Part shown: positions 1 to 13,244 of the stretch, piece by piece | Layout of the letters: each line of letters opens with the position of its first letter | Numbering within the stretch: the stretch's first letter is position 1 | NCBI RefSeq assembly: GCF_009914755.1 | Contig: NC_060929.1 | Source: the human T2T-CHM13v2.0 reference genome, Homo sapiens | Direction: 5' to 3' (one strand) | Length of the DNA stretch: 64,000 bases | Notes under the pieces: model-generated | Told to the model about the DNA's origin: nothing | What the model saw: the letters and a program-made list of their open reading frames with translations, nothing else | The model's database searches: none | Program-made: the position numbers and the translations under genes

Positions 1-105
1 AACATTTGCAAAATGCAAATTGGCCATGCCTCCTGTCTGCTTTTAGTTTGAAGACTAAAATCTTTAACACGGTCCTCGAGGTCCTTCTTGTGTTAATTCA
101 TGGAT

Positions 106-420
106 TAATTGATTGATTCATTCATTTAAGAAATATTTATTGACTGCAAACACTGTTCAAAGCACCGTGGATACAGTGGTAAACAAAAAAAACAATATTC
201 CTGCTCTTGTGGAGCCACAAAATATTTATTCTAGTGGGAAAGATCAACAATTCAAACATATACAAAAAAGAAGTTTCTTTTTGGGGGTGATAAATATGAT
301 GAATAAATGTTAAGCAGCATAAGGAGTTGAGGAGTAACCAGCAGAGTAAATTTAGAAAGGAGGTGGAGGAAGCCTCTCTAAAGAAAAGACTCCTATGCAG
401 AAAACTAAAGGAAGTGAGAA
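106..420 (-). mobile_element. L2 LINE 3' fragment
   Basis: TTCATTCATT..AAATATTTATTG..CACTG..CCTGCTCTTGTGGAGC..TTCTAGTGGG is the reverse complement of the L2 3' end. Confidence 0.75.
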
Positions 421-429
421 CACACTTGG

Positions 430-745
430 GGCCCGAGCTCTCTGCTCTCCTTTATTCTCTGTGCTCTAGACTTGTTGACTTTTTTTATATTCCCCAATGC
501 CTAAGGCTACCTGAGGGCGTTTACACATGTCCTTGGCTCTTTGTCCTTCTCCTCTTCCTTCTTCCCTTCTTCTCCTCCTTTTCCTCCTCCTCTTCCTTTT
601 TCAGTACTTGAAACATTCTTCTCCCTTCCTCTCACTGGACCTGGTTTCCTCCTAATCTTCAAATCCAGGCCAAATTCACCTCCCCTGGGAAAATCCTTCG
701 TCACCTTCTAGATAAAATCAATTTTGGTATTATGTGTTCCGCCTG
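430..745 (+). mobile_element. L2 fragment, appears to resume at ~2030-2245
   Basis: L2-like TCTTCAAATCCAGGCCAAATTCACCTCCCCTGGGAAAATCCTT, with a CT-rich patch at 540-600. Confidence 0.55.
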
Positions 746-749
746 ATCA

Positions 750-2029
750 TGTTCTTGTCTTCAGGTTGTCTGCTGAGTTTTATGTTGTATGCGAATGGCT
801 TTTACACATTCAATGGGGTATTTACTATTACTTATATTTTAATTAATACTAAAATTATGAAAAAACTTGCTTTTCTTAAGCATTAATCTCAGTTGGTGAA
901 TTATGTACTTTTACTTATAATCTAGCTATTTTTGACATACATTAAAAAATGTTTAACTTGTTATTTGATTAATATAATTTGATTAATAGTTAATAATGAA
1001 TTTAATAGATTAAATTATCTATAACATTTAACATAATTTTCTTAATTAATATATCCTTAGATGTTTCAAATTACAGTCACAAATGCAATGAATCTAATTC
1101 TCTCAGGGCATAGCTGTAGGCAGACCTACAATTCTAACATGATTTTCTTAGGCACTTAAAGACTACTTTCAAAACTAATTAATCTCAACTTTGGGATGTA
1201 ACTGATCAGATTATTAAATAAACAGTGTTTACAAATACATTCAATCAAATTATCTAGACATTTCAAATTAAAATCACAAGTGTGTTACCAAATAAACAGT
1301 TAAAATCAAAATAACAACTCTAATGGGTCAGATGGACTTAACTGTTTCATATACCTTAAATAGATGGTTACTTATCAGTATGCCCCAAGACTTGACTTGA
1401 TACTCTCAGCCTTTAGGGCAGGCAAGTGGGGCTTGAGGTGGCCAGAATCCATGGGGCTCTTGGCATCCTGCCAAGAACAGCTTCATATAGGGCTCCAAAT
1501 CCCTCTGGAGAGTAACCCTAGTATTCCTTTGTAATATTATTTATTCTATGACATGGTAAATGTTGGCAAGCACTACCATAAATGACAAACACACAAATTG
1601 TTATGATTGCAAAACCTTCCAAAGCAAAATTTGTTCATACCTTGGGTGTGGCTTATGTATTTTACCAGCTGAGGGCTTATTTCCAATTTTCCCAGGGTAC
1701 AAAGACACTTCCCCATATAAGGAGAGCAGATTTGCCATTTCTGGCCAACTGAGGTCACCAGTGTAAGACCTAGGGTACTGATGGATTTGGCTACACGTCC
1801 AGAATAATTCTACCTGAGCCTTAGATTTAAAAGCTGAGGCTTGTTTTATATTCAGGCTGTGGCTTCTTTCTCAGCTCTTAAAAAGACTGTAATCTGTCTC
1901 ACAGTTGTACTGCCTGATTGTTAGTTGGCTCTATTCACCCTACCTAGATGGTAACTAACCCTTTCCTGACACTTTGAAAATTCTTTCATTCCCTTGGTTT
2001 TAGTTACCTCTCTCGCACGCACACCATCA
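750..2029 (-). mobile_element. putative old LTR retroelement: LTR ~1762-2029, PBS and AT-rich internal leader
   Basis: Splits an L2. Minus strand reads ...CTTACA-C-TGGTGACC, i.e. LTR-type end followed by a PBS-like start. Family not recognised. Confidence 0.3.
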
Positions 2030-2245
2030 TTATTCTACTGTTCTTTATTTATATATAGCGTTAGGACAGCTTTAATATTACATTTAAGCCCTTGATGACG
2101 CGATTATTATCTATCTTCTTCACTAGACTGTGAATTGCATTAGGGCCAAGACTGTGTCTGCCTTTTTCTCACCATCTTATCCCTACCATGCAGTACAGGA
2201 TAGCTACATGATAAATTTACCAGTGAGCAAATGAAGAATGAATTA
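2030..2245 (+). mobile_element. L2 3' end
   Basis: CACTAGACTGTGAATTGCATTAGGGCCAAGACTGTGTC...GAATGAA tail. Confidence 0.7.
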
Positions 2246-2739
2246 TTGCCCAGGGAAGGTGTGGAATCCACTACAATAGAAATCATATAGATAATATGAA
2301 AGTATTACATTAAGGGGTTATATGTCTTTTCAACAAAAATTTGGCTGTAACAAATATCTAACTACCCTCTGAAAAATGAGCAAAACACCCAAAACATAAT
2401 GGTTCAGGGTACATAGGCACAAAGCCAAAGCCAGAATATATTCTAGGCCCACAAGATTGATTTGATTTCTCAACAAAAGCCTACTACGCAGTGAGGTACT
2501 TAGCAAAGGAGACACTGACATTACCCATCTCAGCAAACTCCAGAGAAAAAGGTGCCCAAGGATACCTGGTCTGGTCTCTAGAAAACTGTGTCTCTGTTGT
2601 AGAAATAGCATCCAACTTCAGACATCCCTGCAGAGAAAGAGGCATATGGCTTATGAGCCAACAGAATTAGGAATCATAGGACATTCTTTCCCGCTTTCCA
2701 GTCCCCCACTGCCCACCACCACCACACCCAGCTCTCTCC

Positions 2740-3402
<663 letters not shown>

Positions 3403-4344
3403 TGGCCACTTGTTGATTATCACTGGCCTTCACATGATGTGAGTTACACAGGGGGAAGGGAGAAGGTCAAAAGAGGAACAGGCATGCTCCCCTTAAGAGT
3501 TTGAATTTTCAGTGGTAAGTTATAAATTGGTGTTCTGGTTGACACATCAGTCTCTGGGCACTTAGTAAAAACACGTCCATTCCTGAGAGAGAAGTCATGT
3601 TTGCCAGGTCCTACCTGATAGCAAATGTCCCCAGCCCTATCAGCAGCCTCCCTCAGGCAAACACCCTCGCTGTCTGCATCTCTTTCTCACCCTAAGCTTT
3701 GCTTTTGAAACATTCATACGTGGGAGGAAAAATGCTTCAGGACTTAACCTGAAGGCAATTTTATCCTAGAAGAAATGAGCAAGCAAATGATAAACAGCAG
3801 CTTACACAAAGACCACATTCATTGGAGGTGCCCTGATGCTAGATTTTTATTCAATTTAGGAAATGTGTAGCTACTTAGCTCTTGAATGTTAGGATCTAAA
3901 TTTACTCTGCATTGAACCTGTAAAAAGTTCCTGTGATGAAAACCTATAACGAAAAAACAGCTTCTTTTTTTTTAAACTGGTTTCATCCCAGGAACCTATT
4001 TTTCACCTTACCTGCAATATTATTTAGGGCTTTATTTTCCTCTTTTTCCAGAAGCCTTGGGTTGGGGTTTAATGAAAATGAAACCTAAAGTAGATGTCAG
4101 AAAAATATGGAAGGGGCTTTCAGTGCTGTCTTGAGACGGTGGTGCCCAAGAAAGAGAGTGTTTTCCATGCAGAGACAAGCCCTTGTCTCTTGATCACTTT
4201 ATTCTGAGCTTAACATTCCTACTGATTAGCTGACAATAAGGAAGAAATAAAAAAGTTTCAAGCCTTCAGAGGCCATTTGAGAAACTTTTTTTTTGTCTTT
4301 AAGAATGGACCCTGATTATAGTCACTTCAGCTAGTAGGAAGAAT

Positions 4345-4575
4345 TACCATGGTTATTTCATGTTTGCAATGTGCCAGACCCTATGCTAAACCCCTGCTTT
4401 GCATTTATCTCCTTTGATCTTTGCAATGACCCTAGAAGTTCAACACCCATGCCCTTGCCTTCTAAGGCTTATGGAAGTTAAATGATTGCCCAAAGTCATG
4501 GAAAACGAATAGGTAGTGCTAAGGTTTATATCCATGTCTGTCTGACTCAAAAGTCCATCACCTTTACCACTGTGG
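4345..4575 (-). mobile_element. MIR
   Basis: GTTAAATGATTGCCCAAAGTCA...TCTGACTCAAAAGTCC core. Confidence 0.75.
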
Positions 4576-5525
4576 TGTCCTGGCTCCACAAAAGCAGGCG
4601 ACATTAAGTGCTAAACACTGGCAGTTCTAACTCAGGTGCCCACTGCCACCACCATGTCCCACTTATCTTCTGTGATTTCTGTAGCTCTTTGAGGCCACAA
4701 TCTCCACACTTGTCAGTGATAATACATCAGTTATCATTATTATAGGACAGCCATGCCAAAAATAAGAGTTATATAAAAATGTTTCCCAGGTAAACTAGAG
4801 ATAAGAATCACTCCAAATTAACCAAGGGAAAAATGGAGTCTTTCCTGCTTTCCAAGGTAAGGGTTTTGAGCACTTTTAGAAAAGAAAGACATACACGTGT
4901 GAGAGAACATGTCATGTTCAAGGTGAAATAGAGAGAGTAGTTAATACTCATATAAGGACAATAATTTGTGTTTAGTGGAAATAAAATAGCATTTGGTAAA
5001 AAGAAGCCCAGTGACATAAAACCAGCCTGCATTATTTTGTTTAACAATTATTTTATTCAATAAATAAGATAAAAATTTTTTGTTCAACGAATATTTATCG
5101 AATGTTTAGTTTACATCATGGACGGCTCTGTCCTAGATACTAGAGAATTTTTTTTTCTCTTAAGCTTCTCTTATGGTTCTCATATTATAATGTAATCAAG
5201 ACAAATGGTGATGACCAAAAGGTGACACATAATCTGAGACAGCATCCCCTAGAGCCAGGCACAAAGTTTCCCTCTCAGGGACAGGGAGTTCTGCCGGAGG
5301 CTTGCCATGCTGTCACCTGGCAATGTTCTGTCTTAGAGACTAGAGATCTGCAGGGGAGTCCCTTCTGCATCAGAGAAGAAGGCATTGCCAAATCTAGGAC
5401 ACAATTCTGACCCTTCAATGAGGATTCTGGAGAAGGAAAAAAATGGTGGCTGAATAACATTCAACTTTTTATTGAGCATTATATCAATGTGTTTTTCAAA
5501 TGTCTGGAAGAAAGCACTGTAGGAT

Positions 5526-5900
5526 TGCATTAGTCCATTCTCATGCTGCTAATAAAGACATACCTGAGACTGGATAATTTATAAAGGAAAGAGGTTTAAT
5601 TGACCCACAGTACAGCATGGTTGGGGAGGCCTCAGTAAACTTATAACCATGGCAGAAGGAGAAGCAAACACATCCCTCTTCACATGGTGGCAAAGGAGAG
5701 AATGAGTGCCCAGTGAAGGGGGAAGCCCCTTATAAAACCATCAGCTCTCATGAGAACTAACTCACTATCATGAGAACGGGATGGGGGAAACCGCCCCCAT
5801 AATTCAACTATCTCCATCTGGTCCTTCCCACGACACATGGGGATTACGGGCACTATAATTCAAGATGAGATTTGGGTAGGGACACAGCCAAACCATATCA
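5526..5900 (-). mobile_element. THE1 (THE1C-like) MaLR solo LTR
   Basis: TGCATTAGTCCATTCTCATGCTGCTAATAAAGACATACC...GACACAGCCAAACCATATCA, with perfect 5-bp TSD AGGAT. Confidence 0.93.
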
Positions 5901-5960
5901 AGGATATTTCAGGATGTAGGATAGTCTTAATTTGCTTTGTTTACTTATTTTGTTTGTCTT

Positions 5961-6473
5961 TGTGATGGTTAATTTTATGTGTCAACTTGACTAGGCTAAG
6001 GAATGCCCAGATAGCTGATAAAACACTATTTCTGGATGTGTCTGTCTCTCAGGTTGTTTCTAGGACAGATCAGCATTTGAATATCTGTAGTTCACATAAA
6101 GCAGATGGCCCTCACCAATATGGGTAGGCATCATCCAATTGGTTAAGGGCCTGAATAGAATAAAAGTTTCCTAAAAACAAAAAGAAGAAGGATGAATTTG
6201 CTTCCTGTTTGAGCTGGGACTTCCATCTTATTCTGCGCTTGGACATTGGTGTTCCTCGTTCTGGGCCAGATTTCAGACTCCAACTGACACTACAGCATTG
6301 TCTTCCCTGGTTCTCAAACCTTTCTTCTCAGGCTGGGAGTCACACTACTGACTCCCCTCCCTGGTTCTCAGGCCTTCAGACTGGGACTGAATTACCCCAC
6401 CTGTTTTCCTGGTTCTGCAGCTTGCAAATGGCAGGCTGTGGCCTCAACTTCATAATCAATTCCCATAGTAAAT

Positions 6474-6510
<37 letters not shown>

Positions 6511-6552
6511 TCTCTTATTGTGTTTGTTTTCTGGAGCACCCTGACTGATACA
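5961..6552 (+). mobile_element. MLT2 (ERVL) solo LTR
   Basis: TGTGATGGTTAATTTTATGTGTCAACTTGACTAGGCT...CCCTGACTGATACA; TSD GTCTT/CTCTT. Confidence 0.9.
6477..6509. repeat. (GT)16 microsatellite
   Basis: Read directly; lies inside the MLT2 LTR. Confidence 0.98.
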
Positions 6553-6721
6553 CTCTTCTAAAACAGAACTTTGTAGATGAGGTCAATTGAAGTTCCGTGC
6601 TTCTTTTTCTCAGCTTTGTGTGTCTTTAAGATATACAACATCTTCCTTCTGTACCAGTAGACTCTGTGGCCTGTCTCTTCTCAAATTTCCAAGAGGACTT
6701 GCCTAATACAGAAAATATAAT

Positions 6722-6912
6722 GTCACAGCTAACATTTTACTGAGGATTTACTTCATGCCAGGCTCTATACTAAGCAGTGCTTCTTCAGGCCAGTTTTCTT
6801 CTTATGCCCATTTTATAGATGAGGAAAACAGGGTTAGCAGGTTTTGGTAGCTTGTGCAAGTAAATGGCAGAACTGGGACTGGATCTAAGTCTGACCTCAA
6901 TGGCCCTGACTT
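6722..6912 (-). mobile_element. MIR
   Basis: GCTAACATTTTACTGAG...CCCATTTTATAGATGAGGAAAAC core. Confidence 0.8.
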
Positions 6913-6939
6913 TAAAGGACAAATATGCTCACCACTGAC

Positions 6940-7110
6940 CACATAATTATGGAGTGCCTACTGTGTGCTAGATACCATAAACTCTGAGGCTATAGAGGGG
7001 ATCAAAATACACAAACTTCCTGCCTGTAGGGGTTTCTCTGGGGATGTGAAGGGAACAATCGACAATAAAATACACATGAAACACGATATCAGGGAGTGAG
7101 TTGTGTGAGC
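6940..7110 (-). mobile_element. L2 fragment
   Basis: GAGTGCCTACTGTGTGCTAG...TTCCTGCCTGTAGGGG. Confidence 0.6.
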
Positions 7111-7516
7111 AATGTGATCGCCTATTGACAGATGCACATGTATGTTTATATTAGAAACATGCCCAGAAAAAAAGACTAGAAAAAATCTACCATAAGGGTG
7201 AATATCTCTGGGTGGTCAGATTTCAATTTTCTTCTTTATATTTTTTGTAAAACTTTCAAATATTCTTCAGTATCTGTAAATTTCTGAAGTAATCAGATGC
7301 GACACACAAATATTATTAAAACATACTTTAATCTTAGACAAACTGCATATGGTTTAGGTGGTCTTCTCTTACCCTCTTTCAATTCAGTTCTTCATATTAG
7401 AAACTAATCATAGTTTGCTTTTTTTCTCAGCTGTAGCAATGTCTGAAATATTTGTTCCTTCCCAGGAACCTTGTGGGCTCTCTCTGCCCCAAGCTTTTCT
7501 GAGTTCATGCTTATCT

Positions 7517-7640
7517 GGGGTTCTCAACCCTGGCTGCATATTTCAATCTTCTGAGGAAGCTCTGGGGTGGGGCTGGCCCCTCTCTGTATATTCCAAAGTC
7601 CCCCAGGTGACTGGTGTGCAGCAGGGATTGAGACTCCCAG
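7517..7640. mobile_element. MER5-type hAT-Charlie MITE
   Basis: GGTTCTCAACCCTGGCTGCATATT...CCCCAGGTGA...GCAGCAGGGATTGAGA. Confidence 0.7.
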
Positions 7641-8391
7641 AACAATGGGCTCCTTCCTCCTGTTCCTCAGAGCCCCTGACACGTTTCCTGGGGAGTACCC
7701 AGGGCAGAGAGTAGTTCAAGGCCTCCTTAGCCCACCTTCCTTTGCTCTGTCTCACTGGGTCTGGGTTGGCCAGGGAGGAGGAGAAGGGATGGGCTAGAGC
7801 AGGTGCCAGAGCCAGGCAGAAAGAAGACAAGCAAATCCCTAGCCCTGCAGTGCCTGGCTCCCCAGCCCCTCCCTCCTGACCTACTTACTCAGGGCACATG
7901 GTGTGGTGTGAGGGACTCATGGCTGGAGGACAGCAGAAATTGTTAACAAAAGCAGAGCGCTGTGCAGGTGGGAGCCGAGGACACACTTCGGTCCCGCTAG
8001 ACTTCTCACCGTTCCGGAACGCAGCACTCACTGTCTCAGCTTTGGGCCTTTGCCCTGGCTGCCCTTTCAGACCAAAATGTCTTGTGAAGCCATTTCTCTT
8101 CTTCCCTGAGGGCTGAATTCTACCCTTCGTTGAAGGTTAAGCTCTCTGAGGCCTCCCTTGACCCCCTCCCTCCCAGGCTGGATGAATCCCTTCCCTCTTC
8201 CCCATCCCTTGGCACCCACAGGAATTTGTCACACGATTTATGCAGCACTTAGCACATTTCATTACTCAGTAAAAGTGTCTGCCTCCCTGGCCAGTCTGGG
8301 AATCCTCCAAGGCAGCATCACGTCCTGATTCATCACACACAGTTGCCCCCCACCCCCAGCCCTCACCTCACAGGATACCTGGCAAGTGGAT

Positions 8392-8730
8392 GAGCTCAGG
8401 CCTTGAAGTTCAACTAACCAGGTTCAACCCCAGCTCTGCCCTTTATGGCTGATGAAATGGGAAATCATGCCGCTTCTTGCTATTCACCTAGAAACAGATG
8501 AGAAATGCGAATCTAGGATCAGACCAGGACCTGCATTTAGTAAGACCTCCGAGTGATTCAGATGCACATTAAAATTCGAGAAACATTAGTAGTTTCTTTA
8601 ACCCTCAAATTGCTTGGCTGTGAAATGGGAATAATAACTGCTAACTTACAGGGTTGTTGTGAGGTTTAAAAAGGCAACACACTCAAAGTATCTACCACAG
8701 TACAGAGCACATAGGGGATATTTTTATTGT
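8392..8730 (+). mobile_element. MIR interrupted by a MER5A fragment (~8480-8589)
   Basis: MIR halves GGTTCAACCCCAGCTCTGCC and TGAAATGGGAATAATAA...GGGTTGTTGTGAGG flank MER5A-like GTGATTCAGATGCACATTAAAATTCGAGAA. Confidence 0.7.
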
Positions 8731-10139
8731 TTCTGCCTGATGAATGCTGTCTTAGGAGGGGGCGGGAGTCTGCCGTGGCCCACATTAAGAGTTCTGGGGT
8801 CTGCTCCAGCGCTCCAGTGAGCCCTGGGGCACTGTAGTGAAGCAGGCTTAGCAGCCCACAGAAGGAAGAGTAAGGGAGGGGAAACAGAATCTCAGCATGG
8901 CTCAGGTTTTAGTAGGTCTTATGATCTCTTTCCAATTTTTAAGGGGCCTTAATCACTGAGGACAAGTGTATGCTGACCTGTAATGCTGGGGCTTCCTGAG
9001 CCAGCCCATCAATGAAGGACTGTGCCATCAGGGCCCACCTGGATCTTCCTCACATGATGAAGTTCATTATATGAATTAGGTGAAATTCACAGAGCTTCAG
9101 TCAATTTATGCATGATCAAGCTGTGGAACAGGAAAGTGGTGGCTGTTTGGATTGGGCATTTTTGTGTTAATTAAACATTAGCGCTGACTAATAACTCCAT
9201 CCAACACATGGAACATATCACATTTGTGAGAACTTACTTTGCATAGACCATTTCATTTTATACTGGCTTATTTAGTTTTTGAAAATCATGACGAAACTGT
9301 ACACTGAGATCCATTTGGAGGTAGGGGGCGATTTATCAGCATTTCCGCAAGATAGCTCCCATGTAGTGATGCCTTTTCCTCTCAGAATTCCCAGACTCAG
9401 TTGCTGCTGGAAAGAGAGGACCTACAAGTCTGCCTGGCCTGCAGGCTGCTCCCCTGGGGGCACGGATCGAACGGAGACATCTTTCTGCTTATCCCGGGTC
9501 TGCTCTCATCAGATCATACCAGCCCATAAGGGCAGGTAACCAAGCGGGAATGATGTTGATTCAATGACACCAGCTTCAATTTCTAACCTTCAGGCCTTGC
9601 TCCCAGACAAATTAGATTAGGGTTGCTCCTAAAGCCACTCTGGCACACGATGGAAAAGCCTTGCCCAGGGAGACACATACGCGCACTGGCAAAAGGCATG
9701 TGAGTCCTTCAGTGACATGGCCTGAGGTTGGCTCAGCCTAGGATTGAGATTTGGGGACCCTGGGCAACACACAGGCATTACTGGCAGGGATAGGAGTCAG
9801 TGGCCAAGGTGGGGCTAGTTGCCAGGGTGGTTTCTGCTGTGCAGTCTCAACTCAGGACATACTTAGAGATTGGAATTGCCAGTAAGGTGGGCAGACCAGG
9901 GCACAGGAAGCCACAGCAGGGCACTGTTCTTAGAGCAGGCTCAGCCCCAGGGGCATCTAAGTACAGGATTTGCCTTCCAGGACCTTATAATCCAATAGGA
10001 GAGATTAAACTCACAGCAACAAAGAGTCCAGATAAGTGCGGTTGTTGCCACAGTGAGTCAGCATCAGCTCTAGCCTTAATTCTCAGATCAGAGCATGGGG
10101 ATAGTGGAGAGAGGATGAAATCAGAAGGTGAAGTGTTGA

Positions 10140-11485
10140 ACTTGTTTTTACCTAGCATTATTGAAGGTACATGCAAAAACATGCAATAAACTGCACATAC
10201 TTAAATGAATATTTTATATATTTTGTCATACGTTTATACCTGTTAAATCAACAGCACAAACAAGATAATAAAATCTGTCACCCCCAAAAGTTTCCTTATG
10301 CCTTTTGGAAATTCTCCCTTTCATCTCTCCCTGCTCCCAATCCCCAGGTAATCACCAATCAGCTTTCTGTCATTGTGGAATAGTTTGCATTTTCTAGAAT
10401 TTCACATAAATAGACTCAAACAGTATATACTCTCTTTTGTCAGACTTCTTTCATTTAGCATAATTATTTTTATTTTCCCCCAGGTTGTTGCATAAATCAA
10501 CAGTTCATTCCTTCTTATTGCTGAGTTGTGTTCTCCTGCATACCACAATTTGTTTATTTATTCACTGGATAACAGACATTTGAGCTGTTTTCAGTTTTTG
10601 TCAATGAAAAATAAAGCTGCTATGAACATTCAAATACAAGTCTGTGTATGAACATATCTATCTTTTATTTCTCTTGGGGTAAATAGGAGTGAAATGGCTG
10701 CATCATATGGTACATATATATTTAATTTTGTTAAGGAACTGCCAGACTCTTTTCCAAAGAGATTGTATCATTGTTATCCCCACAAGCAATGAAGAAAATC
10801 ATCACTAATACATGGGATTGATATGACCAACTTTTAAAAAATTTAAGCCATTCTAATAGATGTGTAGTGATATTTCATTTTAGTGTGAATTTGCATCTCT
10901 TTAATGAGTAAGGATGTTGGATATCTTTTCATGCACATATTTTCTGTCCAAATATCTACTTTGGTGAAGTGACTGTTGAAATAGATTGTCCATTTTAAAA
11001 ATTGGGTTGCTGTTTTCTTATTATTTAGTTCTGAGTTATTTCTATAATCTGGATATAAGTCCTTTATCAGATGTGTGATTTGCAGATATTTCCTTCCTAT
11101 CTGTGGCCTTTTTGTTCATTTCCTTATGATGGTCTGCCAAACAGTTGAAGTTTTAAATTTTTGATAAAATGGAATTTATCATTTTGTTGTTTTATTCTGC
11201 TTTTGGTGCCCTACTAAAAAAAATCTTTACCTAACCCATGGTCACAAGGTTTTATCCTATACGTCATTCTGGAAGTTTTATAGTTTTAGGTTTTACAATC
11301 AGGATCTATGATCAATTTTGAGTTAATTTTTTTATTGGTGTAAAGTATTGATAAGTGTTTGGGTCTTTTTTTTTTTGCATGTGTATGTCCAATTGTTCCA
11401 GCACCATTTATTGTCAGATCATTTTTCTTCAGTATGTTGCCTTTGCACGTTTGTTGAAAATCAGTTATCCATATATGAAGGGTTG
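10140..11485 (-). mobile_element. old L1 (L1MB/MC) 3' portion
   Basis: Antisense L1 3'UTR and ORF2-end motifs, e.g. AAAGCTGCTATGAACATT and TCCAATTGTTCCAGCACCATTTATTG. Confidence 0.88.
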
Positions 11486-11599
11486 AAATTTGATAAAAAT
11501 TTTTCCAAATGTTACAGTTCTGGAGGGAGGAAAATAAAATGTGTTTGAGATCTAATAGGTGGTTGGTCACATAGTTAATTGTTTACATTCATAATAACT

Positions 11600-11895
11600 A
11601 ATGCTAGTAAATAATAACAACAGACTCGCACGTACTGAACACTCACCATGAGCAGGCTGTGTGTTGAACACTTTACATGCTTCGTCTCCCTAATCCTCAT
11701 CACAACCCTATGAGATAGGGTCTATTTTTGCCCTCACTGTTCAATGGAATAAGTTGAGTCTCAAGAAGCTTAAATAACTTGCCTTTGCCTAAGGTCATAA
11801 GCAAGTAAGAAGCTAAAAAGAGCAGTATAAGAGCAATCCAGCCTGGATTCAAATTTGCAGATTCAAATTTAGATTCCGTATCACTCCAAAGCATA
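11600..11895 (-). mobile_element. MIR
   Basis: TAATCCTCATCACAACCCTATGAGATAGG...TAAATAACTTGCC. Confidence 0.8.
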
Positions 11896-12651
11896 TGCCA
11901 TATGATCCCTTAACTATATGATCATTAAGCCATATGATCCCTTAGATCAACATTTGCATACAACACAATTTTTATATCTTTCTCAGACACCATAATGGTC
12001 AGTGTATCATGAAATAACACTAATAGCCATGACTGTTTATTTTACTGAAACGTTGAATGTGTAAGAGTGAGAAAAGTTTAGTATGGCAGGAGTTCTTTCA
12101 GCAGAAAGGCAAATTTTAAGTGTCAGATGGAACCTCTAAAAAGCAACTCAAAATACTACATGGGCAAATCTGTTCAGTGCAAGCCTCATGCCTAGTAGCT
12201 GCAATAGATCACCCAGCTCTAGTGGGTCCATGCTAGAATGACCTAGGAATATCAGAAGCAGGAACTAGTCAAGTCTCTGGTGCTCAGTTACTGATACCTC
12301 TCTGAGGAAAAAGAAGCACATGTCTGGAGCAGAAGGATTAATCTTACCAGCGATAACCAGAGTCTTTTGGGGGCACTTGCTATTCCCTGTCTCACTCTGC
12401 TCTCCAGGCCACAGCTGCTTGAAGACTCCTTCCCATCTTGTCTTGCAGGGGGATGGGTACCTGCCTCCAGAGTTGGTCCTATTCCCAAGGGTGTGTGGAT
12501 GAAGCTTGCACTTAGTCTCAAATACCATTCCCAACTTTCTTCACAAAATTCTATTGAGTCACAGTGCTACCCTGCCTGGAAACACCCTCACTGAATGTTA
12601 CTTTACATCTGGTTATGCCCGGTGACTTAGTTCAGGCCAATGAAATGAGAT

Positions 12652-12784
12652 TTATTGAATAATTTGTTTAGTATACCTATGTTCCGTGCAATATTGGGGA
12701 TATACTTTTAATTTTAAAAATATTCTTTGTTTATCTGATATTTAAATTTAACTGTGTGCTCTATATTTTATCTGACAACACTAT
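12652..12784. mobile_element. MER53 hAT MITE (partial)
   Basis: GTGCAATATTGGGGATATACT...TTGTTTATCTGATATTTAAATTTAACTG. Confidence 0.75.
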
Positions 12785-12825
12785 CCCCAGTTAAAAGCCC
12801 AAGATTGGACTACCATCTCTTGGTC

Positions 12826-13042
12826 CAGTAGCTGGCAAATTTTTTCTGCAAATAGTAAATATTTTTAGGCTTTATGGGTTATACAGTCTCTTTTGCAATT
12901 ACTCACCTATGCCATTATAGGGCAATGGCAGCCATGAAGAATATGTAAATGAATGAATGTGGCTGTGATCTAATAACATTTTATTTACAAAAATAGGAAG
13001 CAAGCTGGATTTGGTTCACAGACCATAGTTTGCTGACCTCTA
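12826..13042. mobile_element. MER58A
   Basis: GGCAAATTTTTTCTG..AATAGTAAATATTTTTAGGCTTT...GACCATAGTTTGCTGACCTCT. Confidence 0.88.
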
Positions 13043-13049
13043 TTTTAGA

Positions 13050-13232
13050 TCACTGATCCTTAAAGTGTGGTTTCAGGATCAGCAGTATCCTCTGGGAACA
13101 TCATCTGGGAACTTTGTAGAAAAGCAAACTCTCAAACTCTGTCCCAGACCTACTGAATCAGAAGCACTGGGGATGGGGTTCAGCTATGTGAGCCCAGAAG
13201 ATTCTGATGCACACTAAAGTGTAAGAACCATT
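13050..13232. mobile_element. MER5A
   Basis: AAAGTGTGGT...CCCAGACCTACTGAATCAGAA...TTCTGATGCACACTAAAGT. Confidence 0.85.
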
Positions 13233-13244
13233 CTTACGAATTCT

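Noticed and set aside
9318-9332. CTCF-like GTAGGGGGCG, with similar matches near 18612 and 53450
   Set aside because: The 5' CC of the CTCF core is missing; matches are too weak.
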